A DNA stretch of 64,000 nt from an uncultured virus (IMG/VR IMGVR_UViG_3300044632_001415) (lineage: Duplodnaviria; Heunggongvirae; Uroviricota; Caudoviricetes): IMG/VR virus record IMGVR_UViG_3300044632_001415; one strand, written 5' to 3'. The notes below the pieces were generated by a model. It ran no database searches. It was not told where the DNA came from and saw only the letters and a program-made list of their open reading frames with translations. The position numbers and the translations under genes were made by a program. Below are positions 57,018-64,000 of the stretch, in pieces; position 1 is the stretch's first letter, and every line of letters starts with the position of its first letter.

Positions 57018-57737
57018 TTACTTCTTCAATAGTAAAGTTAGCGATACTGGAAATTTATCAATAGATAAATCCATTACTGCTTTGGCATATAGTTGTATTT
57101 CTTTTTGCGCGTCTTCTTCTAGTCTTTGTTGCAAGAACAGGGCTAATGATTGAAGACTGCAAGACCACCTATAGATTACATGCATGCCGTAAGCTGGCAA
57201 GAACAATCTAGCTTGCTCTGGTGCCACTCCAGTTTCCATGGCCATTGCATAAAGTGCCTCGCCCTGCTTAATATAATCTACAAGTTCTTGAGTTAGCAGT
57301 GAACCTGTCCATGGGTCTATTGGACCACCAGAGCCTTGCTTGCGATTATCTGGAGCAAGTCTCCAACTGTCTTTGTCTGGAATGTAAAATTCAGGATCCA
57401 CAGTAATGTATCTACGACTAGATTCATTCCATGAGTCCATTGTATGATCTGATCCGACTACATACTTCCAATGCTGTCTAGCTACCATAAGTGGGGCTTT
57501 AAATTCAAATGTAAGAAAAGCGTGCCGAAAAGGTGACATATGATTTTCTCTAGCTAAAAATTCGATTAATCTAGCATCGGCAGTTGTCATTTCTGTAGAT
57601 TCTTTAGCAAAAGAAGCTCTTGCTGCGTTTGCTACAGAAAGATCTGAACCCATATAATCAACTAATCTAACATAACCATTTTCTAAAACTTTTATTATAT
57701 CTATCGATTCAGGTGTCTGTTCCATCTTCGTAGTCAT
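57018..57737 (-). CDS. thyX: flavin-dependent thymidylate synthase
   Basis: GYVRLVDYMGSD..VANAAR.S, H.SPF, VARQ, WNESSRRY, EQARLFLP, R....AQ.EI. Confidence 0.92.
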   Translation of the reverse strand: MTTKMEQTPESIDIIKVLENGYVRLVDYMGSDLSVANAARASFAKESTEMTTADARLIEFLARENHMSPFRHAFLTFEFKAPLMVARQHWKYVVGSDHTMDSWNESSRRYITVDPEFYIPDKDSWRLAPDNRKQGSGGPIDPWTGSLLTQELVDYIKQGEALYAMAMETGVAPEQARLFLPAYGMHVIYRWSCSLQSLALFLQQRLEEDAQKEIQLYAKAVMDLSIDKFPVSLTLLLKK

Positions 57738-58089
57738 TGTAGTTTCCTTCATCTCCATCTTCATCTTCTAGAAGAATTACATTTATATCTGCGTAATATT
57801 CTATCATACATTCATTAAAATCCTCAGAAATTTTATATAAAGAGCCTAGTAAATCAAAACATTCTTCGTTAAATGATTCTTCAACTTCTTTGCCGCGAAC
57901 CATAGAAGAAAGTATTTCAGAAATGTATGATATTGCATCTCCGAGAGATTGTTGTAATAAAATTAATTCTTTAATTCCTAAATTAATTTCATTTTCAAAA
58001 TCTTTTGATACCTCTTGTAAATCTTCAGATTTTATTATTTCATTAAATATTTTTTCAAAATCTTCGTTATCAAATTCATCTTTTTCCAT
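57709..58089 (-). CDS. acidic hypothetical protein
   Basis: very D/E-rich ORF between RNR and ThyX. Confidence 0.6.
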   Translation of the reverse strand: MEKDEFDNEDFEKIFNEIIKSEDLQEVSKDFENEINLGIKELILLQQSLGDAISYISEILSSMVRGKEVEESFNEECFDLLGSLYKISEDFNECMIEYYADINVILLEDEDGDEGNYNDYEDGTDT

Positions 58090-58096
58090 TATGGTA

Positions 58097-60031
58097 TCAC
58101 TTAATTGGGCAAGCCCCGCCCTCACACTCTAAGCTATCTATTAAGTCGCTAGAGCCTGAGTCTGTAAAGGATACGTCATTTTTAATTTTTGAATAAAGTT
58201 TGATATACGTTTCTTCTGTAATTTCTTCATATGGAGCAAGATTAAAACCATGATCACTATGCAGCAGAAATGAAACTGATTTAACTTTATTCTTGTAGTT
58301 TTTCTTCATCCATTCCTGAATTTCAGGCAGTTCTTCTTTTCTATAATATACGGTCACGCTAACATTATTATCTGCCCATGTAGACTGGGCTTTTACAACC
58401 CATTCTAGCTGTTGTATAGCAGTTAGATTTGCAGCTAATGTTGCATGTTTTGGTGTCATGCAAGGGAATTCAACCACGCAAATTGTATGATTTTCTTTTC
58501 CATCTAGACCAACATCATATTGTACCTTGTAACCTTTTTCTCTACAGTAATTAACAAGTGGATCATTACTACCCATTCTAACTCTTCTAATATAAAATTT
58601 TGCATATGCTGGGTGAATACCAGGAGTAACACCAGCTAGTAAGCTTAGTGTTCCACTTGGTTTTACTGTAGTTAGTTTAATTGATTCATTAATTCCATTA
58701 TTTTTTGACCAGGTCTTGTCAAACTCTTTTAAGTTTTTATAACAGTCGTCAACCCATGACAGTTGCTCCTCAGTAGCCTGTAACCATCCAGTAACACCTT
58801 GGCCTAATCTTCTGTTTCTTTCTATAACGTCTTGACTCTTTTTGTAGGGATATGCTAATTTTGTTATTGCTTTTTGCGTTTTATATAGAAGTGTACTTAT
58901 GTCAAGTAGTTCTTCTTTAGAAGAAATATTTGGAAGAAATATTTCAGCTAGATTACATGGTTCTCCATCTTCTAAGCCAATCTCACCACATGGATTTGTT
59001 CCTATTACTCGTGAATCATTAATCTTTTCACCTAGTCGACCGTTCTTTCTTATTAGATTTCTATTGATAAGACCATATGGTTCTCCTGAACCATCGTAAC
59101 CTTTCCAAAACTCGTCAATTATTTCCTCATAGGCGTCTGCGTATACTGAGTTGTTAGAGTTAGCTCTCCAAGCAGGAATGTCACCCTTGCCCCAATTTTT
59201 AGCTCGTAAGAACAAGAAGTCATCTGGGTCACCAATAGCTATTTGAGCAGAACGTCTAGCAGATCCAGCTACAACTATCTTTCCAATTATATTGGCTATG
59301 TCTAGGGCGTCGATTGACCTAATCTTTTTGCCAACCCTAGAATCTAGAATGTCGCATATGTTCTTAATACCTTCTATCAGTACTTCTGGACCGGAAGCTG
59401 TTCCTCCAAAAGTTTTCAATGGTGCACCAAAACCTCTAATTAAAATTGTACTATAAGAGAAAGATTCTCCCGTTTCAAAATAGCTATTTAAAACTTTGCC
59501 AAGCAGTGAGGACCAGCCTTTTCTTGAATCAGGTACGATAAAGTCGGCGTCATTTGCTTTTATGTGTTCAATTTTATTTACATATTTTACTTTTGGAAAA
59601 TCATGAACATTTGCTCTTTCGACAGTGAAACCTACCCCACCACCAACCATAAGGTGATCCATTAAAAATTGAAAATCATCTACTTTTGATATTGTTGTCA
59701 TCCAACAATTGACCAATGATACTCCACTCATTTTCTCCACTAATGGAGTACCTAGCTGCCAGAGACATCTCCCTGCAAAGATTCCTTTTAAGTTAAAGAT
59801 ATAATCAAATAATCTTTCCGCTTCAGCTTCGGTATATCCAGCGCCTATATCCTGTGCGCCATTAATACAGCGAGCTACTGTCTCATGCCAGTACTCTTTT
59901 CTACCCAATTCTTCAATGTCTCTAGAGTAAGTTCTTCTATAAACAATTTCACCCAATCCATTAAATCCCCAAGGTGCAAGCTTATTGGCGTAAGATGTGA
60001 CGAATTCGTGAGAAAGAATTTTAGTTTTCAT
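58097..60031 (-). CDS. nrdJ: class II (adenosylcobalamin-dependent) ribonucleotide reductase, monomeric type
   Basis: VY.RTYSR, GR.LW..G, NC, M.GGGVG, RRSAQ, TNPCGEI.L, CNL.E, TVKPSGT, C-terminal CEGGACP. Confidence 0.92.
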   Translation of the reverse strand: MKTKILSHEFVTSYANKLAPWGFNGLGEIVYRRTYSRDIEELGRKEYWHETVARCINGAQDIGAGYTEAEAERLFDYIFNLKGIFAGRCLWQLGTPLVEKMSGVSLVNCWMTTISKVDDFQFLMDHLMVGGGVGFTVERANVHDFPKVKYVNKIEHIKANDADFIVPDSRKGWSSLLGKVLNSYFETGESFSYSTILIRGFGAPLKTFGGTASGPEVLIEGIKNICDILDSRVGKKIRSIDALDIANIIGKIVVAGSARRSAQIAIGDPDDFLFLRAKNWGKGDIPAWRANSNNSVYADAYEEIIDEFWKGYDGSGEPYGLINRNLIRKNGRLGEKINDSRVIGTNPCGEIGLEDGEPCNLAEIFLPNISSKEELLDISTLLYKTQKAITKLAYPYKKSQDVIERNRRLGQGVTGWLQATEEQLSWVDDCYKNLKEFDKTWSKNNGINESIKLTTVKPSGTLSLLAGVTPGIHPAYAKFYIRRVRMGSNDPLVNYCREKGYKVQYDVGLDGKENHTICVVEFPCMTPKHATLAANLTAIQQLEWVVKAQSTWADNNVSVTVYYRKEELPEIQEWMKKNYKNKVKSVSFLLHSDHGFNLAPYEEITEETYIKLYSKIKNDVSFTDSGSSDLIDSLECEGGACPIK

Positions 60032-60743
60032 TTTTAGCTCCTGTAGTTTGTTCTATTAGTTTAATATGCTTAGAATTAATTTTATTTATTTCTGATAGTT
60101 TGATTTTTTCTATTTGATCAAAACTATATATTTTATGTATTTCTTTTTCAAAGAAGTATCCACTTCTCCAATTGAATACTTTATCTATATTTAGTTTGTA
60201 ATTTACAAAAACATTGCAAATAACAGCACCACCATACACCTTAACAAGGTTAGATAATTTTTCTTTAATATCATTATTTATAACTTGCTCACTACCGTAA
60301 TCGTCAGCGCATTTTTCGTATAACCAATTAAATGCTTGACGTGTCATGGGAAATAAGTCCACCCTATCTATAACTCCCATTTTAATTAACTTATTTCTTT
60401 TTTCAATTATTTTAATATCTTCTTTTAAAACATCTATAAAAAGATCAAACCAATCATGTTGATTAAATTGTCTCCACCCAGTACACCAAAACAATAAATT
60501 ACTTGCAGGATCTGGAATAGGGGTTTTCTCACTATATGGAAGCAGGACTGCGCATGCGACGGCTTTTTTTAAATGCTCTTTAGCGATTTGCTCATCTTTA
60601 TATTTAGAAATTGAATTCTTCCATAAAGCTGTTATGTGTTCAGTCCAGTCTATATCGGCAACATACAGTTTTAGATATTTTTGTGCAAGATCCATCGGAA
60701 GAGATCTATCTTGTGCTACTTTTTTCAACTCATCTAAAGACAT
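60021..60743 (-). CDS. hypothetical protein
   Basis: AAGGA RBS before ATG 60743. Confidence 0.65.
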   Translation of the reverse strand: MSLDELKKVAQDRSLPMDLAQKYLKLYVADIDWTEHITALWKNSISKYKDEQIAKEHLKKAVACAVLLPYSEKTPIPDPASNLLFWCTGWRQFNQHDWFDLFIDVLKEDIKIIEKRNKLIKMGVIDRVDLFPMTRQAFNWLYEKCADDYGSEQVINNDIKEKLSNLVKVYGGAVICNVFVNYKLNIDKVFNWRSGYFFEKEIHKIYSFDQIEKIKLSEINKINSKHIKLIEQTTGAKNEN

Positions 60744-60796
60744 CCAAAATCCTTTATAACTGTAGATAAAATCATTAAAAGGTATAAACTTGCCCA

Positions 60797-60828
60797 GAGA
60801 AGAAGATAGCCCCGCCGAATGGCGGGGC
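60797..60828 (-). terminator. Rho-independent terminator
   Basis: GCCCCGCC-ATTC-GGCGGGGC followed by TATCTTCTTCT on the minus strand. Confidence 0.7.
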
Positions 60829-60876
60829 CTCTCCCACTTCACTGGTTGCGGTATAGTATACCACAATTGTGTCGAA

Positions 60877-61074
60877 TTACTTCAGCGTAGCTGCGCTATC
60901 TGCGTCACCAATCTTTGTTGCAACAAAACCTTTGATTACGCTAATGCCCGCTGCAACAGCAGCAGTGGCTGCGGACTTCAGTTCATCAACTCCACCAACA
61001 GTATACACTGCAATGAAAGCTTGAGCTGCTGTCCAAATTGCTCTTTCAATAATATCTTTATGTAATTTAGTCAT
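60877..61074 (-). CDS. r1t-type holin
   Basis: ERAIWTAAQAFIAV...AVAAGISVIK. Confidence 0.8.
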   Translation of the reverse strand: MTKLHKDIIERAIWTAAQAFIAVYTVGGVDELKSAATAAVAAGISVIKGFVATKIGDADSAATLK

Positions 61075-61088
61075 CTAGCAATCCTTTT

Positions 61089-61394
61089 CTATATCAAATT
61101 TTTTCTAATTAGCTTCTCTATAAGAAGATGAAAAGTTAAACCTAGCCACACTCCTGTGAAAATACTACCTGTTATTTTTTTTTCAGTTAATCTCCAAAAT
61201 GATCTTGTTAATGTTTCGATCTTTTTGGACTTTATTGCATATATATCGTATGCAATAATCGCCAATGCAAGACCGCCCCAGGCAACAGTGCCACTTTTCT
61301 TTTCCTGCTTATCGAGAATAAGAGGGGCGGCTAACGCATCAGAGAGCTTGAGCCGAAGGTACTCCGTACCATTCTTGGACTTTTTCACGACCAT
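61089..61394 (-). CDS. small membrane protein
   Basis: AW..L...I.AYD.YA......TLT..F.R...W..LT.HL; start uncertain, overlaps upstream gene. Confidence 0.6.
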   Translation of the reverse strand: MVVKKSKNGTEYLRLKLSDALAAPLILDKQEKKSGTVAWGGLALAIIAYDIYAIKSKKIETLTRSFWRLTEKKITGSIFTGVWLGLTFHLLIEKLIRKNLI

Positions 61395-61971
61395 AATCTC
61401 CAGTTGTATTTGCTTGACCATAACCACTAGTAAATACTACAGTACTAGTTACGCCCTGAAATTCAGCGGGCTTAAACACACCAAATGATGATGGTGCTCC
61501 ACCGGCTTCGGTTCTGGGACCATGTCCTGTGTTAGCAAATACGTTAGCTGATGTAACACCGTCAAAGATATAATTATTGTAGAGTGAGTATTCTGTATCA
61601 GCTCTTGATGCATGACCGAAATCAGCAGGAAATGCCTTAGCGCCAGTGATGCCCTTGTACTCTAGTGGCTTAAATCTAGCTCCATCATAGGTTGCGCTAC
61701 CATCGGGGAAAGTCCCTGAAAGAGGGTGAACATACAATGTAGTTCCATTAAAGACCTGAGAAAGGAATCTATTGCCTGGGAATTCACCGGTACCAGGAGC
61801 AAAGTGATTATCTGGAGCACCGTCTAAAACATGGCTGGTGCTGTATAGTGGATAGAAGGAATATGTGCCAGTACCTTTGGCTTTTCCTGTCATTGATGTG
61901 TATGGGTTGACCATACCAGCAGTGGTTCTACCCTTTAATACTGGTCTTGGTCCTACGTAAAAAGTGGCCAT
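61339..61971 (-). CDS. putative virion structural protein
   Basis: Gly/Thr/aromatic-rich; AAGGAG RBS; preceded by TTACTAT motif. Confidence 0.6.
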   Translation of the reverse strand: MATFYVGPRPVLKGRTTAGMVNPYTSMTGKAKGTGTYSFYPLYSTSHVLDGAPDNHFAPGTGEFPGNRFLSQVFNGTTLYVHPLSGTFPDGSATYDGARFKPLEYKGITGAKAFPADFGHASRADTEYSLYNNYIFDGVTSANVFANTGHGPRTEAGGAPSSFGVFKPAEFQGVTSTVVFTSGYGQANTTGDYGREKVQEWYGVPSAQAL

Positions 61972-62031
61972 TTTTTTTCTCCTTATAAGAATTGGATATT
62001 ATAATAGTAATTTTAGTTTAAAGATTTTTAA

Positions 62032-63288
62032 CTACTCATATTGAATTATTAAATCACTTAATACTGGAGCAGTTTTATCATCTAGCATGTTTAATGTTAC
62101 CTCTATCCAAACATAATTAGATCCACCAGGATTGGTGGAGAGAGCGTATCCGTCACCATCTGGATATATAACTCGATAACTAAATGCTGTAGAAATTAGA
62201 CTTTGTGGTACGTTGTATATTTTTGGTGTTACATTTGTCACGTCATATATTATACTTCCGTCTGGAGGAGTATATTTAATTATCATTTTACCGGAAGTCA
62301 AATACTTATCATATCTAATGTCTAAATCAGATAAACCATAAGTATAAATATATTTACCTAATTCGGTAAAATAATTTCTCTGCCTTAAAGCTATTCTTAT
62401 GGCAGTTATATCTAGCTCTGGAAAAGCAAACGCTACGGGACCAGAATTTAGAATATAATCAGAACCAGTAGTGGTCCATCCACCTGGTGCAACTTTCCCA
62501 ACGGCATCAGATTCACCATTATAGTATGATCGATAATTTAATGGAATCCAGCCATCTTTTTCTGATAACGTAGGGTTTGGCTTTTGGGTAAATTCAATAG
62601 ATGTAATATCAGAACCAAAAGATGGATATGGATTTATTTTGATCATATTAGCTCTTGAAGACCCTGATATCTCAGGAGCTACATTTGCATACAGATATAG
62701 GCCAGCTCCGCCTAATCCAGTAGATTCAGTTATTACATTTCTTTTCCAAATTTTATCAGGAGAGTCTAGTATACAGTTGTGTATAGGCGTTGTGTCTATT
62801 ATTGCTCCAGCACTATCTACAGATACAGCTGTTGGTTGGACGGCAAATTTTATATAATCACTAATTACTTGACCGCTACCAGGACTGCCTATTTTTAATT
62901 TTGAATATGAACCACTATTAATCTTTGGCAGTGTTATTACATTATATGTTGGATCAAATGATAGTAACTCGGTTGACAAAATTGCGTATTCTGTACCGGC
63001 AAAAGTCGCATAGTCCAATTGATTAAATGAATGTATGGAAATACTATTTGAAACTGCTTCTAAGGCACTTATCCTATCGCTTAGGTCCTGTATCGCCAAG
63101 GATAGAAATCTTTGATCTTTAATAACTCTTTCAAAAGTCTGCTTCAGTTTAACGTCTAAACTATTAGATTTATTATATAGATAAACTAAATCTTTATAGT
63201 TTTCTTCAATTCTTGCATTATAATCTGAGCTATTAACTGGACCATTATATTGATAGTCTCGCTTTTTTGTATTAATTATTTCTGTCAT
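62032..63288 (-). CDS. putative virion (baseplate/tail) protein
   Basis: GP..S.DYN N-terminal coiled coil, beta-rich body, 'Y.YGL', C-terminal 'APVLSDL.I.Y'. Confidence 0.55.
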   Translation of the reverse strand: MTEIINTKKRDYQYNGPVNSSDYNARIEENYKDLVYLYNKSNSLDVKLKQTFERVIKDQRFLSLAIQDLSDRISALEAVSNSISIHSFNQLDYATFAGTEYAILSTELLSFDPTYNVITLPKINSGSYSKLKIGSPGSGQVISDYIKFAVQPTAVSVDSAGAIIDTTPIHNCILDSPDKIWKRNVITESTGLGGAGLYLYANVAPEISGSSRANMIKINPYPSFGSDITSIEFTQKPNPTLSEKDGWIPLNYRSYYNGESDAVGKVAPGGWTTTGSDYILNSGPVAFAFPELDITAIRIALRQRNYFTELGKYIYTYGLSDLDIRYDKYLTSGKMIIKYTPPDGSIIYDVTNVTPKIYNVPQSLISTAFSYRVIYPDGDGYALSTNPGGSNYVWIEVTLNMLDDKTAPVLSDLIIQYE

Positions 63289-63289
63289 T

Positions 63290-63703
63290 TTACATTTCGC
63301 TCTCTAGTCGAGTAACTTTATTAAATAATCTAGCTAGTTTTGCACCCAACTTATTAGTAACATCGATGCTTAAAACTTGCGTATTAGGAAGCTCTACATC
63401 TGGGTCTTTAAATCCAAAAGTAGAAAGGTTTACGCCAGTAATTGAATAACTTAATCCATCATTTAACTTTACGGAATCAGTAATATCAGTAATATCGCCA
63501 ATCAAATATGTTAAATTATCAATTACTGTTAGATCAATTTCATCTAATTCCTTAGAAATTCTACTTATATCTAATTTTAAAAGATTACTTTCCACATTCT
63601 CTTGCTGACTAGATCTAGGACTTTTATACTTTACTCTTTCTATATTGAAGAGTGGTTCCCTAATTCTTGTAGCGTTCGTTTGATTTGTATATATTTTCGG
63701 CAT
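63290..63703 (-). CDS. putative virion protein
   Basis: 'Y.SPRSS..EN' motif resembling the neighbour's N-terminus; GAGGA RBS. Confidence 0.5.
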   Translation of the reverse strand: MPKIYTNQTNATRIREPLFNIERVKYKSPRSSQQENVESNLLKLDISRISKELDEIDLTVIDNLTYLIGDITDITDSVKLNDGLSYSITGVNLSTFGFKDPDVELPNTQVLSIDVTNKLGAKLARLFNKVTRLESEM

Positions 63704-63710
63704 GTTATCC

Positions 63711-63998
63711 TCAGTTGTCTATATGCTTAAACTTTATTCTTACAGAGTCAATTACTGGCGTTTGTAATGGGTTATTGTATCTTCTTAGATCAATTCTATA
63801 TCTAATAGAATTATATAATTGATTATTATTTGAATAATATCTAATTAAAGATCTATTAGATATTTCTTTTGAAGAAATAATTTCTCTTCTTGTATAAAAA
63901 TTGTCTATTGTAAATACGTTGTCATTTTCTGTAATTTTATTTCTAAAATCAATTGGATCAAGATATCTATAATAGTCTAGATATATAGTTCCATAATC
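63711..63998 (-). CDS. partial CDS (3' end), putative virion protein
   Basis: open frame from window edge ending ...IRYRIDLRRYNNPLQTPVIDSVRIKFKHIDN*. Confidence 0.6.
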   Translation of the reverse strand, partial: DYGTIYLDYYRYLDPIDFRNKITENDNVFTIDNFYTRREIISSKEISNRSLIRYYSNNNQLYNSIRYRIDLRRYNNPLQTPVIDSVRIKFKHIDN

Positions 63999-64000
63999 AT

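Noticed and set aside
43678..60031. Inteins or introns in DnaE, DnaB or RNR
   Set aside because: Lengths are ordinary, motifs are contiguous, and no intein termini or LAGLIDADG motifs were seen.
1..64000. Stop-codon reassignment
   Set aside because: Conserved genes are full length under code 11, all three stops are used, and no suppressor tRNA was found.

Overview
A 64-kb, AT-rich segment of a large tailed dsDNA phage genome, standard genetic code. The host is probably an actinobacterium (inferred from an MSMEG_6728-family gene, an r1t-type holin, an LPXTG protein and leaderless-type promoters). 1-9650 holds mostly + strand small early/accessory genes (SSB, family-4 UDG, KTSC, DUF4314, HTH) and one reversed ADP-ribosyltransferase-like gene. 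9728-23274 (- strand) holds a collagen-like fibre, two Gly-rich fibre paralogues (one with a ~250-aa His/Pro/Gly-rich insert) and a directly adjacent, separately promoted cassette: three 2OG-Fe(II) oxygenases, a flavin-dependent halogenase, a methyltransferase-fold protein and three small paralogous proteins. 23399-37926 holds two host-type surface proteins, two HiPIP-like proteins, a glycosyl/methyltransferase cassette, tRNA-Ser(GCT), a lysis module and many tiny Lys-rich proteins. 38255-60031 holds replication and nucleotide metabolism genes (dNMP kinase, RNase H, sigma factor, Cas4/RecB-like nucleases, DnaE, AEP-PriL primase, DnaB, glycosyltransferases, NDT, DenV-like glycosylase, dCMP deaminase, ThyX, class II RNR). 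The right end has a holin and probable virion genes. The best candidate for an undescribed system is the His-rich fibre plus its oxygenase/halogenase cassette, a putative virion protein tailoring pathway. All assignments come from motif reading only; no searches were run.
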